A DNA stretch of 64,000 bases from Candidatus Saccharimonadota bacterium (GCA_027371845.1 DAHXLD010000010.1:9438-73437); one strand, 5' to 3'; positions 55,296-64,000 are shown, counted from the stretch's first letter. The notes: generated by a model from the sequence alone, not told the origin. Translations and numbers: made by a program.

Positions 55296-55301
55296 ATTAT
55301 A
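55296..55301 (-). promoter_or_regulatory. -10 hexamer TATAAT 8 nt upstream of the gltX GTG
   Basis: The minus strand reads CCTATATAATAAGTTTTAGTG, with the GTG at 55287. Confidence 0.4.
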
Positions 55302-55330
55302 TAGGATAAAGATTTAATACAAAAACATCT

Positions 55331-56371
55331 TTACATGGTGGCGGCAATTTCAATAATTTGTTGAACACTTAAGGAGTTGTTGTCTTGAACAATATACCAA
55401 ATTCCGTTATGGGTCCAGGTGGCTAAAGAATTGCCATTATAGGTGTATATTGTTAAATTATTTTGAGTTATGGTTTGATAATTCAGTCCAGCTCTATTAA
55501 TAACATAATTATTTAAAAGATCACTACTATTCCAATTAGATTTTTTCTCGATAATTGAATAAGTTCTTGAATCGGAATTACTTTTAAAAGTACTTTCAAC
55601 GATTCCTGAGGCTGAGCTTACGGTGCTTAAGTTAAATCCAGAGGGGTTGTAGCTGGAAACGGTAGGACTAAACCCTGCTCTCGAAGCAGCTAAGTATAGA
55701 GAAACTTTATTAAGATTATGCCCAAGATATATCCCGCCTATTATTAATGCTATCGCTAAGACCGAAAGACTTGAAACTAAAACTGAAAATTTATGGTTTT
55801 TTTGTTTCTTATGTTTTGATTTTAAAGGCTTGGAATATTTAAGGTACATAGCTTGTTCTGGAATGGGGGTGGTTCTTAGGGCTTCTTCAAAAATATTTTT
55901 GGCTAGTTGGGGAGTATTATCTAAAGAATTTGGGACAGATTCTTGATTGTCGGTTTCTATTTTAGATGTATTACTAAATTCTAGATTTTGATCAGTTAAC
56001 ACAAGGCTTGAATTAGTTGAAAAAACTTGTTGAGGCTGATCCTCGGTCTGAGTATTGGCGGTTGAGCTGAATCGACTTATTAATTCACTTCTAGGTATTT
56101 TGTAATTTCTAGGATGTCTATTGTGTACGTACCCGTCAAGCTTAGATTCATATTCTTGAGGGTCTTCTTTTTGAGGTTGATCGTTAGTTGAAATGTTTCC
56201 CGAAACGGTGTTAATAGAAACATTTGATCCTAAGGGGTTCTTGACACTGTTTCGCATAAGAGTATTGGATTTTTGGAGATTTCTATGCTTAATATGATTA
56301 ACATCAGCATAGACTTTAAAATCCATGTATTTACTACTTGAACTTTGTTGGCTCTGATAATTTTTATCCAT
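55331..56371 (-). CDS. membrane-anchored protein with disordered cytoplasmic N terminus and DUF4367-like extracytoplasmic domain
   Basis: 346 aa. Ser/Gln/Asn-rich first 190 aa or so, TM (FSVLVSSLSVLAIALIIGGIYL), and a C-terminal domain ending WTHNGIWYIVQDNNSLSVQQIIEIAATM. Confidence 0.5.
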   Translation of the reverse strand: MDKNYQSQQSSSSKYMDFKVYADVNHIKHRNLQKSNTLMRNSVKNPLGSNVSINTVSGNISTNDQPQKEDPQEYESKLDGYVHNRHPRNYKIPRSELISRFSSTANTQTEDQPQQVFSTNSSLVLTDQNLEFSNTSKIETDNQESVPNSLDNTPQLAKNIFEEALRTTPIPEQAMYLKYSKPLKSKHKKQKNHKFSVLVSSLSVLAIALIIGGIYLGHNLNKVSLYLAASRAGFSPTVSSYNPSGFNLSTVSSASGIVESTFKSNSDSRTYSIIEKKSNWNSSDLLNNYVINRAGLNYQTITQNNLTIYTYNGNSLATWTHNGIWYIVQDNNSLSVQQIIEIAATM

Positions 56372-56496
56372 TATTTAGATCTTTGTTTACCCTCAAATAA
56401 GTTCTTAATATATATTAATACTACTTGTGATTATCGGCAATAGGTAAGATAATTTAAATATATCTTTTTTACAGTTTTTTTAGGTATTATTAATTA

Positions 56497-57969
56497 ATGG
56501 ACTTTTTAGATCCCAAGAAGAATTTTCAACACAAGGTGCTACTTTATAGTGGCTATTTTCTAATATCGGTGGCTATTTTAATTGGAACGATCGTATTAGT
56601 TTATGAATCATATGGATATGGCATAAATCAAAACGGTCAGGTTATTCAGAATGGTTTAATCTATCTTTCGTCAACACCTAATCCAGCTAACATTTATATT
56701 AACGGAAAGTTTAGAACGACAACTAATACTAGCTTTACCCTTCCTTCAGGAATATATAATTTTAGCCTATCATTAAGTGGTTATCGAACATGGAATCGCC
56801 GGATAGAGATAGATGGGGGTTCGATAGTTTACTTTGACTATCCTCTTTTAATCCCCAATACCCTAAAAACAACTAATGTCAAAAATTATCCCAGTGCTCC
56901 TCCTTTGGGGTCTCAGAGTCCAAGTAAACAATGGCTTCTTATAATGATTCCAAACACAAAATATAACTTTGATTTGTATGATCTTAATAATTTAACTCAG
57001 CCTCCTACTCAAATTAGTTTACCAACAAATATAGTTTCAAATGCAACATCTTCGGAGAGTTGGCAGGTAGTGTCCTGGGCGAATGATAACCAGCATGTTC
57101 TTTTGGAACATTTTTATGACGGAAAAGACGAATATATTTTACTAGATACTAATAATCCTAGCCAATCAGTTAATTTAACTCAGACCTTTAGCACTACCCC
57201 GTTTACATCGCTTAGTATGGTTAATGATAATTATGATCAATATTATTTATTAAATTCGGCCAGTCAGAGCCTTTCTGAAGTTAATTTGTCTGCTCCAACT
57301 CAGTCTACGGTTGTTTTAAACAATGTTATTAACTTTGATCCCTATTTAATTAATACAATACTCTACGCTACGGCCAAAGGAGCACCTGTCGGAAAAGTCT
57401 TTATTGAAGAAAAAGTCGGTAATTCCTATTACCACATTAAAACCTTTTTAAGTGGTTCCAGTTATTTATTAAATGAAGCTAGCTATAACGGAGTTATTTA
57501 TGTTGCTTGCGGGTCTCAAGGTGAAAGTAAAGTATATATCTATAGAGATCCGGTCTCCCAGCTCATTAACAACCCTAAGCAAATGCCGATTCCTTCTCAG
57601 GTTTTGTTCGTTAAAGATCCTAATTATTTAAGTTTTTCTAATAATGCTCAATTTATTATGGCCGAGAATGGAAGTCAGTTTGGAGTTTTTGATATAGTCA
57701 ATCAACACGGCTATAACTATAACAGCATCCTGCCCCTTCAGGCTCCTCAAGCCCATGCGGTCTGGATGGATGGAGATCGTCTGGCTTATATCAGTGGGGG
57801 CAAACTAGTTATATTTGAATATGACCATAATTATGCTCAAACTCTTGAAGACGCATCCCCAAATTATTCACCTTTTTTTGATCCTAACTATAAGTATATC
57901 TTCACTTTGAATCAAAGCTCTAAAAATTCAAGTTTTAATCTCACTAAAACTTCTCTGATAGCTTCTTAA
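56497..57969 (+). CDS. PEGA domain membrane-anchored protein with large beta-rich extracytoplasmic region
   Basis: 490 aa. N-terminal TM, then a PEGA-like module (IYLSSTPNPANIYINGKFRTTTNTSFTLPSGIYNFSLSLSGYRTW). Confidence 0.6.
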   Translation: MDFLDPKKNFQHKVLLYSGYFLISVAILIGTIVLVYESYGYGINQNGQVIQNGLIYLSSTPNPANIYINGKFRTTTNTSFTLPSGIYNFSLSLSGYRTWNRRIEIDGGSIVYFDYPLLIPNTLKTTNVKNYPSAPPLGSQSPSKQWLLIMIPNTKYNFDLYDLNNLTQPPTQISLPTNIVSNATSSESWQVVSWANDNQHVLLEHFYDGKDEYILLDTNNPSQSVNLTQTFSTTPFTSLSMVNDNYDQYYLLNSASQSLSEVNLSAPTQSTVVLNNVINFDPYLINTILYATAKGAPVGKVFIEEKVGNSYYHIKTFLSGSSYLLNEASYNGVIYVACGSQGESKVYIYRDPVSQLINNPKQMPIPSQVLFVKDPNYLSFSNNAQFIMAENGSQFGVFDIVNQHGYNYNSILPLQAPQAHAVWMDGDRLAYISGGKLVIFEYDHNYAQTLEDASPNYSPFFDPNYKYIFTLNQSSKNSSFNLTKTSLIAS

Positions 57970-59189
57970 CCTCGACGCTTTTTGTTTATTTTTCGTAGTA
58001 TATAGATAACGATACCAAGGGGTATAACAATAACTAGAACCTTGCCTTCTACGGAGCCTATGAATCTATCCCAAAGGGTTGGGCCATTTCCCGGTAAGTA
58101 TGAAGGAGAGCTAAGGCTGGTTAAGCTTTGAGTCGGGGCGGTGTCAGTCGTAACTGATGGGCTTACTTGTTGCCCTACGACTACTAAACGATTTATGCTG
58201 GTTCCCGGAGGATCGCACGTTATCAGTGTTGCTGTTGCTTGTTGGCCAGCCACCGAGTTCAATACGGACACGTCATTTGGCGAAACAATTTTAGTGTAAA
58301 TAACTTTGTAGACATAAAGTGTATCGTTATAGGTTAGATAGAATGTATCCCCCGTTTGCATGGTGTGAAGTAAAACAAAAGCGAATTTATATTTACCAGG
58401 ATTAAATATATTATTTGAAGAGTGACCAAAATATGCCGTATTCCCTAATTGGCCTGGCAAGACGGTTGTTGGGTAATGTACGACACCGTCTTCGAGAAAG
58501 TTTTCAATAGTATTTTCGTTAGTTGTGTTGACGCTATAATTGACGGGTATTTGAACATTAATTTTTGGAATTATAACTTGAGGACTTGAACTTGCCACTA
58601 AATTATCTGAACCGACAATTATTGGGACAGCGGTAATGTTTCGGCTAGGTTGAATCAGGGGGGCAATAAAAACTTCATTAAAGAATCCGAACATAAAAAT
58701 AAAGATCACCATTAAGCCTAATCCTAGTCCAAAAATAAGCGATTGAACGTGATGCTTTAATTTAAGGCGGCCTCTAGAGCTAATTTTAGAATGTAAATTT
58801 TGAGTCAAAGATTGATGTTTTGAAGGTTTGAAACGATTAGATGATATGAGCTCGTTTTTTTGTTTAGCCATATTTTTTTCAAAGGAATCTATTCCTTCAG
58901 ACGGTTGTTTAAGATTTTTGTTGCTTTCGTAGAATTCTTTCCAAACTTGTTTTTTATCTTCTTCTCCTAGCGATAGATAGTAATTATGCCATTCTGTCTG
59001 AATGGTGGCGACATCTTTCCCGGAGTGGACTAGGCTATTTATGAAAGCCTGATGTTTACTTGGCTTGTCGTTATTCTCGGCTTCTTTGGCTTCTTCTTTA
59101 AAGTTGGGCTCAATAGAGGCATAGATAGTTTCAAGTTTTCTTCTAATTAGGTCTGCTGCCGAATTTTTTTTGTTTTGTTGATCATCCAT
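57966..59189 (-). CDS. sortase family transpeptidase with long N-terminal extension
   Basis: 407 aa. His in AYFGHSSNN, catalytic TLITCDPPGT, Arg in NRLVVVG. TM helices lie before the catalytic domain and at the C terminus. Confidence 0.8.
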   Translation of the reverse strand: MDDQQNKKNSAADLIRRKLETIYASIEPNFKEEAKEAENNDKPSKHQAFINSLVHSGKDVATIQTEWHNYYLSLGEEDKKQVWKEFYESNKNLKQPSEGIDSFEKNMAKQKNELISSNRFKPSKHQSLTQNLHSKISSRGRLKLKHHVQSLIFGLGLGLMVIFIFMFGFFNEVFIAPLIQPSRNITAVPIIVGSDNLVASSSPQVIIPKINVQIPVNYSVNTTNENTIENFLEDGVVHYPTTVLPGQLGNTAYFGHSSNNIFNPGKYKFAFVLLHTMQTGDTFYLTYNDTLYVYKVIYTKIVSPNDVSVLNSVAGQQATATLITCDPPGTSINRLVVVGQQVSPSVTTDTAPTQSLTSLSSPSYLPGNGPTLWDRFIGSVEGKVLVIVIPLGIVIYILRKINKKRRG

Positions 59190-59306
59190 CGATAGTTCGT
59201 TAAATAAAGTTTCTAATCTAAATTTTTAAATAGATATACTACGTTAATTATAGTACAATGACCTCTACAAAGCTAAACTTTAGAATTTTAACAATGTCCA
59301 TTTTTT

Positions 59307-59391
59307 GGGCGAGTGGCGGAACTGGTATACGCGCACGACTCAAAATCGTGTTCCTTTCGGATTGAGGGTTCGATTCCCTCCTCGCCCACCA
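59307..59391 (+). tRNA. tRNA-Leu (anticodon CAA), long variable arm, CCA encoded
   Basis: Manual cloverleaf. Acceptor GGGCGAG/CTCGCCC, anticodon stem CACGA/TCGTG with loop CTCAAAA, variable arm TCC-TTTC-GGA, T arm GAGGG-TTCGATT-CCCTC, then ACCA. Confidence 0.9.
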
Positions 59392-59471
59392 AATAATTGT
59401 GACTTAGTTAATAAAATGTCCTTTTTAGTTCGACATATTAATATGAAACGTATAACAATTAGAGGGTTAAC

Positions 59472-60335
59472 ATGAATCAAATTCCAGCAGTAAATTTGTC
59501 TAACGGTATCAAGATGCCAATATTGGGTTTTGGGGTATTTAGAATGACTAATGAGGAAGCTGAGCAAAGTGTCGTTACCGCTCTTAGAACTGGTTACCGC
59601 TTGATTGATACGGCAGCTTCATATCAAAACGAAGAAGCCGTAGGACGAGCTATCAAGAAAAGTGGCTTATCAAGACAGGAGATATTTGTAACTAGTAAGC
59701 TGTGGATTGCTGATGCTTCTTACCAAAAAGCCAAAATTGCTTATCAAACATCTCTGGATAAATTAGGACTGGATTATCTCGACTTATACTTAATTCATCA
59801 ACCGTTTGGTGATATTTTTGGGGCTTGGAAGGCTCTGACTGAACTTTATAAGGCCGGTAAGGTTAAGGCGATTGGAGTTTCGAACTTTAATAGTGCCAAA
59901 CTTACCAACTTTGTGCTAACTAATCGGAAGATTCTTGGTATTGATAGCATTCCAATGGTTAACCAAGTGGAAACAAATCCTTTCAATCAGGAAATTGAAA
60001 CTAAAAAAATAATGGATGAGTTCGGAATAGTTCATGAAGGTTGGGCGCCTTTTGCCGAAGGTCAGCACGGCATCTTTACTAATAATACTTTAAGTAAGAT
60101 AGCTGAAAGTCATAATAAAACTATCAGTCAGGTTGTGTTGCGGTGGCATATTCAAAGATCTATAGTTTCTATCCCTAAGTCAGTTCATAAAGAAAGAATT
60201 AAGGAAAATTTTGATGTGTTCGATTTTGAGCTATCTGATAGCGAAATGGAGAAAATATCTGGGCTAGATAATGATGCTCATTTAGTAGACCACGAAGATC
60301 CTAAGTTTCTAAATAGGCTATTCGATCGTATATAA
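59472..60335 (+). CDS. aldo/keto reductase (DkgA/YvgN-like)
   Basis: 287 aa. NGIKMPILGFGVF, LIDTAASYQNEEAVG, LYLIHQP, SIPKSVHKERIKEN. SD AGAGGG upstream. Confidence 0.88.
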   Translation: MNQIPAVNLSNGIKMPILGFGVFRMTNEEAEQSVVTALRTGYRLIDTAASYQNEEAVGRAIKKSGLSRQEIFVTSKLWIADASYQKAKIAYQTSLDKLGLDYLDLYLIHQPFGDIFGAWKALTELYKAGKVKAIGVSNFNSAKLTNFVLTNRKILGIDSIPMVNQVETNPFNQEIETKKIMDEFGIVHEGWAPFAEGQHGIFTNNTLSKIAESHNKTISQVVLRWHIQRSIVSIPKSVHKERIKENFDVFDFELSDSEMEKISGLDNDAHLVDHEDPKFLNRLFDRI

Positions 60336-60397
60336 ATGTAATTAAAGTTTTCTATCTAAATTAGAATATTGAATATAGTCGTATAATTTCTAACAAT

Positions 60398-61189
60398 TTA
60401 ATTTTTTAAAGCTTCATAGACTGCGCTGCTTATTGCCTGATAAGTTTTAGTGGGGTAATTGACCATATAAAAAGAAGCTGAAGCTGATAATAGTTCGATT
60501 GAAACTGTCTTATCGTTGGGTATTTTGGTAGTCGATACCCTTCCCTCTGAAACAACAATTATTATGTCCTCATGGACGCATACTATATTTACGGGATGTT
60601 TAATATTAAATTCTTTTAAGGTATTTAATATTACATAAAGTTCATCTAACTTTTTAATGATGATTCCATATTTTTTACTAAGTAATTTTTGAAGGTTCGA
60701 AAAACTTGTTACTAAGAGAATTTTTTCGTTTAAAGATATATCTAAATCTTCTAGGATTATAATGTTTTCTGAAGTAAAACATAAAAGCCCAGTGTTTTTA
60801 GCAAGAAAATGTTCTAAAGTTAAAACGGTTTCACTGTTCTTGCCAAGGTCTTGAGCAATAATAGTAATATCTACTTGATTGGCAAGATCAAGTAATTCGG
60901 CGGTTGCCTTTAATCCGATACTGCCACTAGGGTTTGATGGTAAGTAGCTAATTTTTAAGTCCATATGGTCGACTAATTTTTTAAGAGTATTAGGAATAGC
61001 CACTAAAATATTTGATGATCCTACTTTAGTTAAGTTTTCATAAATTTGAGCAGTACTAGTAATTTCGTGAGAATTGCCGCCTACAATTAAATACTTCCCG
61101 CTTAATAGCTTATTTTCTGGTTTTTCCCAAATTATATCTTCAAAAAGCGGAGAGTCTAAGGTTTGTTTTTGCCAATTTAAATTATTCAT
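60398..61189 (-). CDS. divergent YjeF-C/NAD(P)HX-dehydratase-like (ribokinase-fold) protein
   Basis: 263 aa. GKYLIVGGNSHEITSTAQIY..VAIPN and IIAQDLGKNSE align by eye with the VLIIGGS..GA and VIGPGLG blocks of this family, but no GGxGD catalytic block is present. Overlaps the xth stop region by 8 nt. Confidence 0.35.
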   Translation of the reverse strand: MNNLNWQKQTLDSPLFEDIIWEKPENKLLSGKYLIVGGNSHEITSTAQIYENLTKVGSSNILVAIPNTLKKLVDHMDLKISYLPSNPSGSIGLKATAELLDLANQVDITIIAQDLGKNSETVLTLEHFLAKNTGLLCFTSENIIILEDLDISLNEKILLVTSFSNLQKLLSKKYGIIIKKLDELYVILNTLKEFNIKHPVNIVCVHEDIIIVVSEGRVSTTKIPNDKTVSIELLSASASFYMVNYPTKTYQAISSAVYEALKN

Positions 61190-61988
61190 CTAGAGCAACA
61201 TTAATATTTATTGGACAATGATCAGAGCCAAATACTTCAGGATGGATGGCGGATTCTTTTAAAAGATTTTTAATTCTTTTTGATACCATAAAATAATCTA
61301 TTCTCCACCCAACGTTTCGGGCTCTTGAATTCGCAAAATATGACCACCAAGTGTAATACCCGTTGCCTTTTTTAAATTCTCTGAAACTATCTATAAATCC
61401 AGCTTTTAGAATCTTATCTATGCCTACTCTTTCTTCGATTGTAAAACCCTTTTTGCCCATATTTGGTTTTGGATTAGCTAGATCTTCTTCTTTATGAGCC
61501 ACGTTAAGATCCCCGCAAAATATAACTGGTTTGTCTTTTTCTAGTAGTTTCATGTATTCAATGAAAGCAGGATCCCATTTCTTATATCTAAGATCGAGCC
61601 TGCTTAAATCGTCTTTGGCGTTTGGGGTGTAGACACAAACTAGAATAAAGTTTTTAAAGACAGCGCTAAGAACTCTACCCTCAAGGTTTGGATTTCCATA
61701 ACGATCTTCGTCGACTTTATGTTTTTTTATTAAACTCTCTGGAATACCCTCAATTACTTTTAAGGGTTTTATTTTGCTTAGTATGGCAGTACCCGAGTAA
61801 CCTAACTTTTGAGCAGCATAATAATAAGCAAAGGGATAATGCTTTAAGTCTAAGTCTATTTGATCGGGTTTGGCTTTTATTTCTTGCAGGCAAATAATAT
61901 CTGGATTTTCTTTGTTGATAAATTCATGAAAAGCACCTTTTTTTAAAACCGCCCTAATACCATTTACGTTCCAAGAATATATTTTCAT
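61182..61988 (-). CDS. xth: exodeoxyribonuclease III (AP endonuclease)
   Basis: 268 aa. MKIYSWNVNGIRA, ICLQEIK, GDLNVAH, WRIDYF, SDHCP. Confidence 0.93.
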   Translation of the reverse strand: MKIYSWNVNGIRAVLKKGAFHEFINKENPDIICLQEIKAKPDQIDLDLKHYPFAYYYAAQKLGYSGTAILSKIKPLKVIEGIPESLIKKHKVDEDRYGNPNLEGRVLSAVFKNFILVCVYTPNAKDDLSRLDLRYKKWDPAFIEYMKLLEKDKPVIFCGDLNVAHKEEDLANPKPNMGKKGFTIEERVGIDKILKAGFIDSFREFKKGNGYYTWWSYFANSRARNVGWRIDYFMVSKRIKNLLKESAIHPEVFGSDHCPININVALDE

Positions 61989-62042
61989 TTATATTAAAAA
62001 GTATAGCTTTGTTAAAATTTATTTGCTAGACTCTTAATTTAG

Positions 62043-62759
62043 ATGAAGCTAAATTCGTTCAAAAGAATTTTAATAAAAATATCTGGTGAGCAACTTGCTG
62101 GTGAGTATGAGTTTGGAGTTGATCCAAAAATTGCTAATTTTTTAGCTAAAGAAATTAAAAAAGTAGTTGCTGGCGGTTGCCAAATTATATTAGTTGTAGG
62201 TGGTGGCAACATGATACGTGGAGCAGAAGTTGCCGGAAATGGCATTAAAAGAGTTACAGCTGATCAAATGGGAATGTTGAGTGGTCTTATTAATTCAATG
62301 TGCCTAACTGATATATTTGAGTCCAATGGAATACAAACAAGATGTTTAAGCAATATTTATGCTGAACAAGTCGCTGAATCGTTTTCATTTAGAAGAGCTG
62401 AGAAACATTTAGAGGCTGGACGAGTTGTTATAGTGGCAGGAGGAACGGCCAGACCCTATTTTACTCACGATACAGCTGCGGTTAGTTTCGCCTTAGAGCT
62501 TGATGCCGAAGTAGTTTTAAAAGCAACTAAGGTAGACGGTGTATTCGATCGAGATCCAGCCAAGTATAAAGACGCCAAGAAATTAGAGAGCATAACTTTT
62601 GACGAAGCTGTTTCAAATAATGAGATTAAAGTTATGGATAAAGCTGCACTAGGGCTTGCAATGGAACAAAATGTTCCGATAATTGTATTTAACCCAATGA
62701 AGAATGACAATATTCTAAAAGTAGCTCAGGGTAATATTGTTGGAACTCTAATAAACTAG
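62043..62759 (+). CDS. pyrH: UMP kinase
   Basis: 238 aa. KRILIKISGEQLAG, VVGGGNMIRG, TKVDGVFDRDP. Confidence 0.93.
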   Translation: MKLNSFKRILIKISGEQLAGEYEFGVDPKIANFLAKEIKKVVAGGCQIILVVGGGNMIRGAEVAGNGIKRVTADQMGMLSGLINSMCLTDIFESNGIQTRCLSNIYAEQVAESFSFRRAEKHLEAGRVVIVAGGTARPYFTHDTAAVSFALELDAEVVLKATKVDGVFDRDPAKYKDAKKLESITFDEAVSNNEIKVMDKAALGLAMEQNVPIIVFNPMKNDNILKVAQGNIVGTLIN

Positions 62760-62883
62760 CTATAAACCGTTTAATTGAAAATTAATAGGAAACGTTTTTA
62801 AGGAAGCAAACTATGTTTAGTCAGGTACTTTACTAATATGCTAATGTATGTTATCATAGTCAAGTTAATTTTGGATTTATTCT

Positions 62884-64000
62884 ATGCCAGGTGAAGAACC
62901 GACAACTAGCCAGTGGCTTGAACAAAATAGAAGTCATTTTGAGCAAACTGGTCAATTTGCTAGCCGCATTGATGAGCAGAATCAGATTTATTCAGATTTG
63001 ATCGAAGGTGGTCAGTTAACCGTAAAACCATTCCAAGAGTTAGCTACGGATTATCTTACTACTGAGCAAGAGCATGCTTTTAATGAACTAGTCAAGGCTG
63101 AAAAACAAACTCCTTTTAGAGAGCTCTCTGAACGAACAAGAGCTTTAGAAAAGGCATTAGGAGCGGCGACAACTAAATTGTCTGATATTGAGCAGCAGCA
63201 GAAAGAAAAAATCGACTTAATACTTAGAGAAAAACAATTTTTATCAGAAGTTCTGCCTGGGTTAGTGCCTAAATTAACAGAACTTACTGTTCAACTAGAA
63301 CATAGATTATTGGATGAAGCGCGGCAAGAAGCTGAAGCTGAGGTTATTGCACTTCAGGGTGAGTATGAAGGTCTAGAAGAAATGATAGATATATCAGGTA
63401 GAAGCTGGCCAATTCCACGTTTAGCATCAACAAAGAGACTTGAAAAAGTAAAAACGGATAGACTAATTGAAGTTGATGACTTCCCCGATTCACCAATTAG
63501 ATTAACGAAACAAGAAATCACTGAGCGAGTTCTTAAAGATTATCCCGAGGATGTATTACGAGATGCTAGCGAATTATTGGCTCTATTACTAGCCGAGGAG
63601 CCAAAACATATTTTCACACTTGAAGACCTAGGTTTAATTATCTATGGTGATGATGAGCCTAATAGGCGAATGAGAGTTAGTGCTTTAATTTCTAACTTCG
63701 AACTAGGCAAAGTGGGTATTATCGGTAAGTTACTAAACGAGGAAGGCTTGGTATTCCAACGGGGTGAACGCAGAAGCTATAGATCGACTGATGGCAAGCA
63801 AATTGGAAGAAATAATCCCGTCTTTAGGGCCGTCCCTCTTAGTGAACTAGAACGAAAAGAACGAGTAGTACATTGTGATGAAAAAGTTGAATGGGTAAAT
63901 GATGGTTGGCATACGGTAGTATTCGAATCTACCCATGAAGACCTGGATAATAGCGATAAACTTGATGTTGCGTGTGAACTAAATGATGACGAGGCTCCAG
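62884..64000 (+). CDS. hypothetical protein, 3' end outside window (at least 372 codons); not in the supplied ORF track
   Basis: I translated the frame from ATG 62884 by hand to nt 64000 and found no stop (in-frame stop upstream at 62866). The N-terminal 150 aa or so are coiled-coil-like (EQQQKEKIDLILREKQFL, EARQEAEAEVIALQGEYEGLEEM), followed by a globular region. It is visibly GC-richer than neighbouring genes. No motif recognised. Confidence 0.6.
   Translation, partial: MPGEEPTTSQWLEQNRSHFEQTGQFASRIDEQNQIYSDLIEGGQLTVKPFQELATDYLTTEQEHAFNELVKAEKQTPFRELSERTRALEKALGAATTKLSDIEQQQKEKIDLILREKQFLSEVLPGLVPKLTELTVQLEHRLLDEARQEAEAEVIALQGEYEGLEEMIDISGRSWPIPRLASTKRLEKVKTDRLIEVDDFPDSPIRLTKQEITERVLKDYPEDVLRDASELLALLLAEEPKHIFTLEDLGLIIYGDDEPNRRMRVSALISNFELGKVGIIGKLLNEEGLVFQRGERRSYRSTDGKQIGRNNPVFRAVPLSELERKERVVHCDEKVEWVNDGWHTVVFESTHEDLDNSDKLDVACELNDDEAP

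Noticed and set aside
416-62710. The many 60-120-aa ORFs in the track that lie antisense to or inside long conserved genes (for example 416-700, 2202-2387, 3471-3653, 6095-6388, 15151-15354, 17104-17457, 26829-27056, 34031-34369, 48171-48530, 55112-55309, 61688-61897, 62465-62710).
   Set aside because: Each is fully embedded in a confidently identified gene on the opposite strand or in another frame, lacks start-site signals, and has the biased composition of shadow ORFs.
1-64000. Possibility of an alternative genetic code (UGA as Gly, as in some CPR lineages such as Gracilibacteria/Absconditabacteria).
   Set aside because: An RF2 gene is present, several well-defined genes end in TGA (for example xseA at 17657-17659 and the receiver at 19722-19724), and the long conserved genes have no in-frame TGA. 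The standard bacterial code fits.

Overview
This is a gene-dense, low-GC (about one-third GC by eye) bacterial chromosome segment with about 65 genes. All function calls come from motifs read in the supplied translations. No database search, RNA folding or skew calculation was run.

Likely source (inference only): a small-genome CPR/Patescibacteria lineage such as Saccharibacteria. The supporting content is Gram-positive-type envelope genes (sortase, LCP, PcsB-like CHAP hydrolase, S41 protease), a type IV pilin remnant, a reduced dcw cluster, response regulators without output domains, tRNAs with encoded CCA, and the standard genetic code (RF2 present, TGA used as stop).

Layout:
- 1-32.5 kb: almost entirely plus-strand housekeeping genes (serS, hpf, secA, prfB, ftsEX, pyrG, xseAB, recO, glyQS, then mraZ-rsmH-ftsL-ftsI-mraY-ftsW-murG-ftsQ).
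- 32.5-33.2 kb: a 749-bp AT-rich gap.
- 33.2-56.4 kb: almost entirely minus-strand genes (topA, pth, der, two histidine kinase/receiver pairs, NRAMP and P-type ATPase transporters, LCP, gltX).
- 56.4-64 kb: a mixed-strand tail.

Most notable observations:
1. A 28-bp Xer/dif-like site lies exactly at the coding-strand switch, which suggests a replication terminus.
2. A translationally coupled pseudo-histidine-kinase and pseudo-receiver (Asp to Glu) pair is fused into an operon with recO.
3. A promoter-to-terminator structured non-coding locus lies at 37.0-37.4 kb. It has pseudoknot potential and G-U pairs that fit only the plus strand.
4. A phased four-box GTGGGT array lies upstream of mraZ.
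5. An 800-bp toxin-antitoxin cassette at tRNA-Glu is bounded by a copy of the tRNA 3' end. Its toxin is frameshifted, and decayed MFS and pilin genes lie next to it.
6. A TATAAT-(6-9 nt)-start-codon geometry recurs, implying leaderless mRNAs.
7. A GC-richer ORF of at least 372 codons, absent from the supplied ORF track, runs off the 3' edge.

No CRISPR array, rRNA gene or intact transposase/integrase was seen.
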